Positions 1 to 8,098 of a DNA stretch of 59,040 bases are shown piece by piece (position 1 is the stretch's first letter; each line of letters opens with the position of its first letter). Position numbers and translations under genes: made by a program. The notes under the pieces are model-generated. The model was not told the DNA's origin. It searched no databases and saw nothing but the letters and a program-made list of their open reading frames with translations. This stretch comes from Candidatus Kaiserbacteria bacterium RIFCSPHIGHO2_02_FULL_49_34 (GTDB lineage Bacteria; Patescibacteriota; Minisyncoccia; Phycocordibacterales; UBA918), in contig MFLE01000017.1 in NCBI GenBank assembly GCA_001781205.1, positions 1-59,040 of the forward strand, in the 5' to 3' direction.

Positions 1-2287
1 GAACGATGGTCTCGAGGATGTGTTTTAGCTTGGGGGCGATTACACTCACGAGGCCTTCTTTTATTTCGAAAATGAGCTCGTCGTGAATCTGGAGAAGGAG
101 TCGTACGTTGTCACGTAGTCCTTCTTTCTCGATAAAATCATCGGCACGTACCATAGCGATGCGGACCACATCAGCTTCCATACCCTGGATAGGAGCGTTG
201 ATTGCCATACGCTCTGCTTGGGCGCGCATAAACGGGACTGTCGAGTTAATACCCGCGAAGTAGCGGCGGCGGCCATACGGGGTTTCGGTGTAGCCGTTCC
301 TTCGGGCAAATGTTTTGGTATCTTCAAGATATGCAGCGAGCTGCGGGAACGAGGCGAAGTAGGCGTCGAGGTACTGCTGTGCCGTTTCGCGACTGGTGCC
401 ATCGCCGAGGTTTTGCCGAAGTGCGGTGACACCCATACCGTACATAATGCCGAAGTTAATCACCTTTGCACGACGACGCATCTCTTTGGTGACTTCCGCT
501 GCGTCGACATTAAACACGCGTGCAGCAACGGATGTGTGAATATCTTCCCCTGCTTTGAAAATGCGCATGAGCTCAGTGTCTTCTGCAAGGAATGCTGCGA
601 TACGTAGTTCAATTTGTGCGTAGTCGAACGCAACGAGTGCGTAGCCTTTCTCTGCGGTGAAGGCACTCCGAATCATTCTCCCCTGCTCGCTACGTGTGGG
701 AATGTTTTGCAGGTTTGGGTCACGTGATGCGAGGCGCCCTGTCGTGGTACCTGCCTGCAAGAAGTGCGAGTGAATTCTGCCATCTTCTTTGACAAGATTA
801 GGAAACGTGTCAATGTATGTTCCGACTAATTTTGATAATTCTCGATATTTGAGGACCTGCGCAATTATCGGATGCTCATCTTTCATTTTTTCTAGTTCGC
901 TTTCTTTGGTCGAGCGCTGCCCGGTCGACGTTTTCTTCGCACGTGACTTCGTACCAATGCCGAGCGTATCAAAAAGTATGTCGCCGAGCTGCTTTGGTGA
1001 ATTAATATTAAACTCTGTGCCGGCTGCTGCGTAAATTTCCGCAGTAAGCGAATCGAGTTCTTTATGGAATAGCCCGCTTAGTCTATTGAGCTCAGCAACA
1101 TCAACAGCAATGCCAATTTCTCGCATACGCGCAAGCACCGCCCGGAGCGGTTGTTCAATTTCAACAAAAACTTTCTGCATTGGAGTTTCTGCGAGATCTT
1201 TCAGAATCTGCTCTCTTGATGCCTGTACTCCAATAACCCCTCGTGTTCGCCCATACGCAACTACATCGTCCTTTGACGGGTTCGTATGGTCAGACACAAG
1301 CAACCAGAGTGCGAGTGCGGTTTCTTCAAGTTCATCATCAGTAAATTCTTCTTCCGTAACATCTTGCACCGCTTCAAAGGCTTGCGAGAGTCGTGGAATG
1401 AGTGAACGAAAACCAAGCTCCGCGCACCAGGTAATAACTTTCTCGCTATCGACGCTCTCGCGCCACACCCCTTCGGGAAGCTCGAAGGTAATCGGTGCAT
1501 CACGTGAAATTGTGGCAAGTACTTTTGAGAACCGCGCTTCGTCCTCCCCTTCGCGCAAGAGTCCAATAATACGAGGAGTTATTTTTACTTCACGAAAAGG
1601 AGCGTCATCTTTTGCGAGTTTCTTATACATCTTATCAAGGTCACCAAAGGTGGTAATAAGTGTGGTTGCTGTTTTTTCACCAATACCTTTAATGCCAGGA
1701 ATGTTGTCAGACGGGTCACCACGAAGCCCTTTGTAATCAGGAATAAGAAGCGGACCGAAACCAAAGCGCGTCTTCACGGCTACTTCGTCATATAAAATGG
1801 TGTCGTTAATCCCCTTTTTGAGCGTGTATACCTGCACGCGCTTTTTTTCGACAAGCTGGAGCGTGTCCATGTCGCCTGACGCAATAATAATCTCAACATC
1901 CTCATGTGCGCGCATCTGTTCTGCAATAGTACCGAGCAGGTCGTCAGCCTCATACCCCGCGCATTCATAACGAGGAATACCAAACACATCCATGAGATCT
2001 TTGGTACGTTCGAGCTGCACAATGAGGTCCTGCTCAAGTGCGTGGCGCGTACCCTTATATGCCTCATATGCTTCATGACGGTGCGTCGGTTGTGGCAAGT
2101 CAAAACACGCCACAAGGTAATCGGGTGAGAGTTCTTGCGCTATTTTTAGCACCATTGTAATTACTCCATACAGCGCACCGACAGGGTCACCATTGGGCGC
2201 GGTAAGTCCAGGAAGTGCATGGTAGGCGCGGTGAATGATTGCGTGTGCATCGAGCAAAACGAGACGAGTTTTTTTAGTTGTTGCCAT
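1..2287 (-). CDS. polA: DNA polymerase I (N-terminus complete, C-terminal end outside window)
   Basis: Absent from the ORF track because it runs off the left edge. My minus-strand translation from ATG at 2287 is stop-free to nt 1. It reads MATTKKTRLVLLDAHAIIHRAYHALP..GDPSDNIPGIKGIGEKTA (5-3 exo/FEN), then RLASRDPNLQNIP, FDYAQIELRIAA and LLQIHDELIFE (family A polymerase motifs). Confidence 0.95.
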   Translation of the reverse strand, partial: MATTKKTRLVLLDAHAIIHRAYHALPGLTAPNGDPVGALYGVITMVLKIAQELSPDYLVACFDLPQPTHRHEAYEAYKGTRHALEQDLIVQLERTKDLMDVFGIPRYECAGYEADDLLGTIAEQMRAHEDVEIIIASGDMDTLQLVEKKRVQVYTLKKGINDTILYDEVAVKTRFGFGPLLIPDYKGLRGDPSDNIPGIKGIGEKTATTLITTFGDLDKMYKKLAKDDAPFREVKITPRIIGLLREGEDEARFSKVLATISRDAPITFELPEGVWRESVDSEKVITWCAELGFRSLIPRLSQAFEAVQDVTEEEFTDDELEETALALWLLVSDHTNPSKDDVVAYGRTRGVIGVQASREQILKDLAETPMQKVFVEIEQPLRAVLARMREIGIAVDVAELNRLSGLFHKELDSLTAEIYAAAGTEFNINSPKQLGDILFDTLGIGTKSRAKKTSTGQRSTKESELEKMKDEHPIIAQVLKYRELSKLVGTYIDTFPNLVKEDGRIHSHFLQAGTTTGRLASRDPNLQNIPTRSEQGRMIRSAFTAEKGYALVAFDYAQIELRIAAFLAEDTELMRIFKAGEDIHTSVAARVFNVDAAEVTKEMRRRAKVINFGIMYGMGVTALRQNLGDGTSRETAQQYLDAYFASFPQLAAYLEDTKTFARRNGYTETPYGRRRYFAGINSTVPFMRAQAERMAINAPIQGMEADVVRIAMVRADDFIEKEGLRDNVRLLLQIHDELIFEIKEGLVSVIAPKLKHILETIV

Positions 2288-2291
2288 ATAC

Positions 2292-2723
2292 TTATTGTGT
2301 CACCGTTATACTTCGCCCATCATCTTCAATAGCAATAGAGATAGAAATGTTGTCCTCAGGAAGTATTCCCTCAAGATTCTCTGGCCATTCAACGACCATG
2401 AGTGTGCGCGGATTAGCAAGGTATTCATCAAGGCGCAGTACTGATGCTTCTTCGATATCTTCAATGCGGTAGGCATCAATATGCACAAGCCTATCAAACT
2501 CTGCATGTTTCGCGTCATAGAGTTGCATAAGCACAAAGGTTGGGCTCACCACTCGCTCCGTAACTCCAAGCACGCGCGCAATGGATTGTGTGCAGGTCGT
2601 CTTCCCTGCGCCCAAGGTCCCCTTGAGCGCGAGCACTGTTGCACCATCGCGCTTTGGGAGTGCCTCTATAATCTGTGATGCAACATCCTGCCAATCATCA
2701 GCAGTTTTCGTATGATATATCAT
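2292..2723 (-). CDS. tsaE: tRNA t6A37 biosynthesis ATPase TsaE
   Basis: 143 aa with P-loop GTLGAGKTT followed by VVSPTFVLMQ and VHIDAYR, typical of the YjeE/TsaE family. Confidence 0.85.
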   Translation of the reverse strand: MIYHTKTADDWQDVASQIIEALPKRDGATVLALKGTLGAGKTTCTQSIARVLGVTERVVSPTFVLMQLYDAKHAEFDRLVHIDAYRIEDIEEASVLRLDEYLANPRTLMVVEWPENLEGILPEDNISISIAIEDDGRSITVTQ

Positions 2724-2783
2724 GACATCAGTTTACTTGAGTACACAAAAATACACAAACAAGCTTGTTCGTGTCTCCTGCAA

Positions 2784-3130
2784 TCCGATTTGCTTAAAAT
2801 TGAGTACAAGTGCAAAAATTTCCGAAGCTGGCGCAAATGTGCCAATTTTAAGCAAATCGGAAACGAATACGCCGTGGAGTCAATTGTATGACTTCACGGC
2901 GTATGCTATGCTCTCTTGTAAGAGGAGTAGAAATTTTTGAAATCTAGACTCTTCATCAGAGTCAGAGCTCAAAACCATAACCCTCTAAACGCTTCTGGAG
3001 AAGTGAATAGCATACCAAGGAGATATCTCAGCGACCTCATTCAAGATGAGAACCAAAATACCCTCGTAGGATACCCAAATGCTTAGAGGGTTATAGTTTC
3101 GATGTCATGCATACTGCATGCTTACAAGAG
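2784..3130. ncRNA. candidate structured RNA or regulatory region (class unknown)
   Basis: Long non-coding gap with nested inverted repeats: 2784-2802/2843-2861 (19 bp), 2867-2876/2895-2904 (10 bp), 2913-2922/3121-3130 (10 bp), 2947-2952/2958-2963, and 2977-2988/3083-3094 (12 bp). Confidence 0.3.
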
Positions 3131-3253
3131 AACGTTTCTTCAGCACCCCTTGACGGAACGCTTTCGGAAGTAGCCATAGAATAGCACAGAACAGAAATTT
3201 GTCAAGCGGTTTTGCCCGTTTTTTTATTTGCCTCATGGTATACTTTCAGGAAT

Positions 3254-3535
3254 ATGCTTCAAGGTTATCTTACCCTCGTGACAAATTTTGCAAACGGCGT
3301 CGTAATGCCCATGCTTATTGCGTTTGCGTTCCTCTATACTGTTTGGAATATTTTCCAACTGTATATTGTACAAGCGGCTGACGACATTAAGAATCGCAAA
3401 TCAGCAGTTGCCTATGGTATTGGTGCAGTTGTCGCTATTCTCTCTTTTTGGGGCGTCGTCAACTGGCTCAGCAATAATCTCGCTGGTGATGTTGGTCCGA
3501 ATCAAGTCATTATCCCCGACTACATAAAAAAATAG
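3254..3535 (+). CDS. small two-TM membrane protein, possible T4SS pilin-like (TrbC/VirB2-type architecture)
   Basis: ATG at 3254 inside the track ORF 3212-3535 (which begins at TTG). Two hydrophobic helices separated by a polar loop (QAADDIKNRKS). Function assigned from architecture only. Confidence 0.45.
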   Translation: MLQGYLTLVTNFANGVVMPMLIAFAFLYTVWNIFQLYIVQAADDIKNRKSAVAYGIGAVVAILSFWGVVNWLSNNLAGDVGPNQVIIPDYIKK

Positions 3536-3572
3536 TTTTCACTATTTGCGAAAGTGGGTTATACTTGCCTCC

Positions 3573-4931
3573 ATGAGGTACACTATACTCACCTTTTTTG
3601 TTTCTGCATTTCTTACGCTACCCTTTTCTGCCTTCGCAGAAATTCGCATCAACGAAATCGCCTGGATGGGCGGCAACGGCAATGCAAACTGCGAATGGAT
3701 AGAGCTCTATAACGATAGCGATACTGAAGTTGATATTGCAGGATGGTCATTCATGGTCAATACTACGAAGAACGCAACACTTCTCGGAAATCCTGGCGAG
3801 CTTATCATCGAGCCATATGGGTACTATGTCATTGCACGAAAGTTCAGCACCACTGCCGCATCAGCAACCACCTGTCATCCTTATTTCGAAAGTTTTGGCA
3901 ACGTATATCTCGGCGGTATTGGCTCACTCAACAATACCGCCCTCTCCATATCGCTTTTTGATCCAACGAGCGTCGAACCTATCGACAGTGTTACGGCAAC
4001 GAACGTCAATTGGTCAGAGTACAGTAAAGCAAACACTGGTAATTACGACACCGTACAGCGCAGTGGTGCCACTTGGAGCCTCGGCACACCAACTCCTGCA
4101 GCACCAAACACCGCAACGGTACCTTCCGCAACACAAACCACGAACACGGCAGCATACACGACGGTTACCACAGCTTGGGACAAAGACCAAATCCGTCAGC
4201 TTTCTATTGTTGCTCCCGATACACTGCATGCTGGTGTCCCCTTCACCTTTACTTCAATTACATCACCAAAGGATTCTCGAAAATACAAGTCGCATCTCTG
4301 GAACTTTGGTGACTTCACCACAAGTAAGCTAAGTTCTCCGACACACACCTATGCAAAGCCGGGGACCTATCTCATTCATCTTACGGTCGACGGCGACACT
4401 CCCCTTATTCTCACCAAAACAATAACGGTAATCGCACCATCGATTATCGCGACCCGCTTACTCAATGGTGATTTCGAAATCATCAACAATGGCACCACCC
4501 CGCTTGACCTATCAAACTTTACGATTGTGGGGAGTACTACGTTTACCATTCCGCAGCACAGTACGATTCTTGCTGGTGCACGCATCACTATCCCCAAACA
4601 TCTGGTACCCGATGGCCGTGGCATTGTAAATCCACAAGGAGACTTGATTGCTGCAGCGATTGATACGCCGCCGCAAATACCGCCTCCCCCACGCACAAGC
4701 CCCTACACAGGAGCAGCATCCTTTGCGGAGCCTGCACCGTTCGCCCCTACACTTCCTGAACCTGAAGATGTGTCATCGACATCTATGGAACTACCCCCGT
4801 CCAAACTACCGCAATTGAGCGCCACCAACACAGCGAACGCAACCTCAACATCCTTCCCCGCGTATCTCACGCTTGGTATTCTCCTCGTTGTCGCGGTCGG
4901 CGCAAGCCTCATAAAGACGAAACTCCAGTAA
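3573..4931 (+). CDS. secreted lamin-tail-domain / PKD-domain surface protein with C-terminal TM anchor
   Basis: Signal peptide MRYTILTFFVSAFLTLPFSAFA. LTD signature IRINEIAWMGG..NCEWIELYN..DIAGWSF. PKD-like WNFGDFTTS..HTYAKPGTYLIHLTV. A Pro-rich linker precedes the terminal TM LTLGILLVVAVGASLI. Confidence 0.75.
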   Translation: MRYTILTFFVSAFLTLPFSAFAEIRINEIAWMGGNGNANCEWIELYNDSDTEVDIAGWSFMVNTTKNATLLGNPGELIIEPYGYYVIARKFSTTAASATTCHPYFESFGNVYLGGIGSLNNTALSISLFDPTSVEPIDSVTATNVNWSEYSKANTGNYDTVQRSGATWSLGTPTPAAPNTATVPSATQTTNTAAYTTVTTAWDKDQIRQLSIVAPDTLHAGVPFTFTSITSPKDSRKYKSHLWNFGDFTTSKLSSPTHTYAKPGTYLIHLTVDGDTPLILTKTITVIAPSIIATRLLNGDFEIINNGTTPLDLSNFTIVGSTTFTIPQHSTILAGARITIPKHLVPDGRGIVNPQGDLIAAAIDTPPQIPPPPRTSPYTGAASFAEPAPFAPTLPEPEDVSSTSMELPPSKLPQLSATNTANATSTSFPAYLTLGILLVVAVGASLIKTKLQ

Positions 4932-5052
4932 TGTCCCGTGTTATTTTTTAGGTTGCATTTTTTTCGTTTTCGTATACACTGTGCGCAATCGAGGAACAGA
5001 GGCTCTTGTAGCTCAGATTCCCCGCAGAAGGACTTGTTCCTCTCTGCGAATC

Positions 5053-5123
5053 GCGGCCATGGTTAAGTGGTATAATGCGGCCTTGCCAAGGCTGAGTCGG
5101 GAGTTCGATTCTCCCTGGCCGCA
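5053..5123 (+). tRNA. tRNA-Gly (anticodon GCC)
   Basis: Hand-folded cloverleaf: acceptor GCGGCCA/TGGCCGC, anticodon loop TTGCCAA, T-arm GGGAG-TTCGATT-CTCCC. No encoded CCA. Confidence 0.9.
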
Positions 5124-5132
5124 CAAAACAAG

Positions 5133-5160
5133 AAAAACAAGGCGTCCAGCCTTGTTTTTC
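5133..5160. terminator. bidirectional intrinsic terminator
   Basis: Stem acaaggc/gccttgt with an A-run upstream and a T-run downstream. It forms the centre of a longer palindrome spanning 5098-5195. Confidence 0.7.
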
Positions 5161-5170
5161 TATGTTTTGT

Positions 5171-5348
5171 GACGAGCCAGGGAGAATCGAACGCCGGAGC
5201 CGGTATACAAGCTTTGTATTGATGTGAAGCTTTAGCGAAACACAATACAAAGGCTTGTCGGCGAGGCGGGGCCGGCAGTGCTTGGCATTTTTGGAGCGAT
5301 AGCGAACATAAAATGCCTAGCAACTGTGGCCGATTCTCCATGGCCGCC
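5171..5348 (-). ncRNA. tRNA-linked structured element, copy A (Gly-type ends)
   Basis: Shares a conserved core with copies at 19139, 19361 and 20086. Its ends, GCCATGGAGAATCG and CGATTCTCCCTGGC, pair with each other and copy the T-arm/acceptor of the adjacent tRNA-Gly. Strand assigned by core alignment only. Confidence 0.45.
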
Positions 5349-5474
5349 TATATTTTATAAGCGCAAGCGAAATAAAATATAGATACACAAATACGTCAAT
5401 TCTCCCGTTCCAACTAAAACACCCCCCAATCCACACCCCTCATTTCCCCACTCCATGCTATACTTCACCAAGAT

Positions 5475-6251
5475 ATGATTTCTCAATTCATTACTCATTT
5501 CTCGAACGCACCAGTCTACGCAGGTATCGCCACCATCGCCGCTTTCGCTGGAGCATCTATCTGGCTTTGGTTTTGGCTTCGCGAAGATGATCATCCCGAA
5601 CCGTGGCGACTCCTTGCTCTCGCATTCTTTGCAGGTGCACTCATTGTGCCGTTCGTCGTTCCCCTCCAACGCCTTGGCTACGAACTCTACATCGCAAACG
5701 AACCACTCATGGTAACCTCATGGGCACTTGTTGAAGAGCTCTACAAATACGGTATCGCGCTCCTACTCATTCTTTGGCGACGCGCTGTTGACGAACCAAT
5801 CGACTACGTCATCTACATGATCATGATCGGTGTCGGATTCGCCACGTTTGAGAACATACTCTATTTATACAAGACACTCATTGAGATAAACGGCACAACC
5901 ATACTTCCGCTCGCGGGCACTCCTGCAGGCACCGAACTCGTCCGTGTCGGCGCAATGCGCTTCGTTGGTGCATCATTGGTACATATTGTTTCCTCCGCAA
6001 CCATCGGTATTGCTATGGCATTTGCCTTCAATGCATCCCAACGCACACGACTTATCGCAGGACTCCTTGGGTTATCCACAGCTACGCTCTTGCATACTTT
6101 GTTTAATCTCACTATAATAAGCAGAACACAATCAGCGTCGTCGCTCGGTGCAGTATTCCTTGGCGTTTGGATCAGTGTGATTGTGCTCCTCGTACTTATG
6201 GAGCGCGTCAAACATATACGCACGAAAACAAACACCCCTGGTACCACATAA
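5475..6251 (+). CDS. prsW: PrsW-family intramembrane metalloprotease
   Basis: Polytopic membrane protein with the motifs EELYKY, GFATFENILY and HTLFN that are characteristic of PrsW. Confidence 0.75.
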   Translation: MISQFITHFSNAPVYAGIATIAAFAGASIWLWFWLREDDHPEPWRLLALAFFAGALIVPFVVPLQRLGYELYIANEPLMVTSWALVEELYKYGIALLLILWRRAVDEPIDYVIYMIMIGVGFATFENILYLYKTLIEINGTTILPLAGTPAGTELVRVGAMRFVGASLVHIVSSATIGIAMAFAFNASQRTRLIAGLLGLSTATLLHTLFNLTIISRTQSASSLGAVFLGVWISVIVLLVLMERVKHIRTKTNTPGTT

Positions 6252-6265
6252 CAACTATATATCTT

Positions 6266-6793
6266 ATGGCATTAAATTTTATAAAACGACTTACTCAGTC
6301 AAATGACTACGATGACTCCTACGACGATGAGGAGCAGGATTTTCGTGTCACACCACGCCGGGTACCGCACGACGAAATCGAACAAGTTGCGAATGCGGGT
6401 ATTCAAGCGCCTGCATGGGAAAGTGAAGAATCAACGCTCGACGAAGAGGAGAGTAGTGCCGACGGTGAACTTCCTATCGACATGTACGAAACCGACGACG
6501 CCATTGTCATTCAAGCCTTTGTTGCAGGTGTTCGCCCTGACGACCTCGACATCATGATTACCCGCGACTCCGTAACTATCCGTGGCAGCCGTCTGCAAGA
6601 ACATCATATTCTCGATGAAGACTACGGACACAAGGAGCTCTTCTGGGGTTCATTCGCTCGAAAGGTCACCCTGCCTGATGAAGTTGTCATTGACGAAGCG
6701 GAAGCCAACGAACGTCACGGGCTTCTCCAGCTCACTCTTCCCCGTCTCGATAAGCACCGCTCTGCGAGACTCAACATCAAATCAAGTCGGTAA
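6266..6793 (+). CDS. Hsp20/alpha-crystallin small heat-shock protein with acidic N-terminal extension
   Basis: ATG at 6266, internal to track ORF 6167-6793, avoids overlap with prsW. The ACD-like core reads PIDMYETDDAIVIQAFVAGVRPDDLDI..GSFARKVTLPDEV..GLLQLTLPR. Confidence 0.8.
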   Translation: MALNFIKRLTQSNDYDDSYDDEEQDFRVTPRRVPHDEIEQVANAGIQAPAWESEESTLDEEESSADGELPIDMYETDDAIVIQAFVAGVRPDDLDIMITRDSVTIRGSRLQEHHILDEDYGHKELFWGSFARKVTLPDEVVIDEAEANERHGLLQLTLPRLDKHRSARLNIKSSR

Positions 6794-6863
6794 CAAAAAG
6801 AACGCTCGTCTCGGGCGTTCTTTCCATTTGTATGTTTCTAGTGTACATAGTATACTCGACCGT

Positions 6864-7448
6864 ATGACCTCAAAAAAATTACTCTTCATCAATGGACACC
6901 CTGATGATGGAAGTTTTGGCAATGTCCTTGAAGCATCCTACCTTGCTGCAGCACAATCTGCAGGACACATAATAAAAGTATTGCGTATTCGTGAGCTCGA
7001 CTTTGATCCAATTCTTCATCACGGCTATCGTAGTCGTCAGAATCTTGAGCAAGATCTTGAGCGTGCAAAAATCGATATTGAGTGGGCTGACCATCTTGTT
7101 ATCCTGTACCCAACCTGGTGGGGCTCCCTTCCTGCACTCTTAAAAGGTTTCTTTGATCGTGCCTTTCATCCGCACTGGGCATTTAAAGTACACAAAGACA
7201 GGCTTATGCATGAGCGCCTCCTCACAGGACGCACCGCCCATCTCATTACTACCATGGGCGGCCCTTCGTGGTTCGACTTCTTGTACTATCATCGCTCCGC
7301 GTACTACACTCTCAGCCGCGCAATCCTTTGGTACTGTGGCATCAAAGTAAAAAAGTTCACCATTTTCGACAACATGACTCGCGCCACTCCAGAGAAGCGT
7401 GCAGGCTACCTCAAAAAAATGGAAGCTCTCGGTCGTAAAGGCATATAA
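6864..7448 (+). CDS. NAD(P)H dehydrogenase (quinone) / flavodoxin-like fold (Flavodoxin_2) protein
   Basis: ATG at 6864 inside track ORF 6582-7448. Sequence LLFINGHPDDGSF..ADHLVILYPTWWGSLPALLKGFFDR is typical of the MdaB/KefF/NQO-like family. Confidence 0.7.
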   Translation: MTSKKLLFINGHPDDGSFGNVLEASYLAAAQSAGHIIKVLRIRELDFDPILHHGYRSRQNLEQDLERAKIDIEWADHLVILYPTWWGSLPALLKGFFDRAFHPHWAFKVHKDRLMHERLLTGRTAHLITTMGGPSWFDFLYYHRSAYYTLSRAILWYCGIKVKKFTIFDNMTRATPEKRAGYLKKMEALGRKGI

Positions 7449-7480
7449 AATATCTCTCCATGCATGGAGAGATATTTTTA
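7448..7480. terminator. bidirectional terminator
   Basis: Perfect palindrome atatctctccatg/catggagagatat flanked by A and T runs, between convergent genes. Confidence 0.7.
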
Positions 7481-8092
7481 TGCTGACAGAGCAAGAAGTT
7501 CAAGGAGCATCTTCGGAGAGGCGCCCGGCTGGTCGAGGTACTTCCGTACGAAGAGGGTATCCTTGGCGAGACGGACATATTTGTGCGGGTTACTATGTGC
7601 ACGTGCCTCGCATGCAGCGACGACAGCTTGCGCACGACGATGTGTTGCAACCTTTTCTTCGTCGGACTTTGCTACTTTTGCATAGAGTGAGGTAATAAAA
7701 GAGAGTTTCTTGGTGTATGGCATAGCAAGGAAGTCTCGCACCTCGTCGGTATATGCACGCTCTTCAATATATGCCGCCTCACTGAGCCGTGAACGAATCG
7801 TCGGCAAAAGCATATCGCGACGCGCGACGATAAAATACCAGCGAACATGCGTGGTGTCCTCGATTGATTTGAGGAGCATGTTCTGTGCCTGGGGCATGAA
7901 GCGGTCATACGCGACAACGAGATGCGTCACATTGTCGAGCGGTGCTCGTGCGGCATGAATACAAAGCTGTTCCGCATCGTCGACGGTACAGAGCCCGCCA
8001 CGCACATGATGCGTATCCGCGCCACTGCGTGCTCCGACGGGAAGTTTTTGTACGACGGCATCATAGGTGCCGATGTAAAGTACTGCGTGCAT
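7478..8092 (-). CDS. holB: DNA polymerase III delta-prime-like clamp-loader subunit (short form)
   Basis: Motifs AQNMLLKSIEDTT and LPTIRSRL match the sensor and SRC region of clamp-loader AAA+ subunits. No obvious Walker A, as expected for delta-prime. Confidence 0.6.
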   Translation of the reverse strand: MHAVLYIGTYDAVVQKLPVGARSGADTHHVRGGLCTVDDAEQLCIHAARAPLDNVTHLVVAYDRFMPQAQNMLLKSIEDTTHVRWYFIVARRDMLLPTIRSRLSEAAYIEERAYTDEVRDFLAMPYTKKLSFITSLYAKVAKSDEEKVATHRRAQAVVAACEARAHSNPHKYVRLAKDTLFVRKYLDQPGASPKMLLELLALSA

Positions 8093-8098
8093 GGTTCG

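Noticed and set aside
61-2128. Numerous 60-216-aa ORFs in the track across 61-2128 (for example 1086-1736 +, 61-432 -)
   Set aside because: They all lie inside, or antisense to, the stop-free polA reading frame (1-2287, minus strand). The track omits that frame because it runs off the window edge. Their sequences are low-complexity with no motifs.
2900-3135. Identification of the structured region as RNase P RNA, tmRNA, SRP RNA or 6S RNA
   Set aside because: Hallmark sequences are not present on either strand. These include the GAGGAAAGTCC-type P4 region, a tRNA-like end with a tag ORF, and the GGAAGCAG-type SRP domain IV. The class is therefore left open.
4985-5052. tRNA-like 5-prime fragment GGCTCTTGTAGCTCAGAT upstream of tRNA-Gly
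   Set aside because: Only an acceptor/D-arm-like stretch is present. No anticodon arm or T-arm follows, and I could not fold a cloverleaf. It may be a relic or a promoter-region hairpin (gaggaaca..tgttcctc).
5063-5341. Peptide ORFs spanning the tRNA-linked elements (5063-5341 -, 4948-5250 -, 19055-19321 +, 20076-20258 -) that show some amino-acid similarity to each other
   Set aside because: The similarity follows from nucleotide conservation. The differences between copies are paired stem changes, which is RNA-type covariation. The ORFs run through terminators and tRNA-like ends and have no Shine-Dalgarno or plausible starts.
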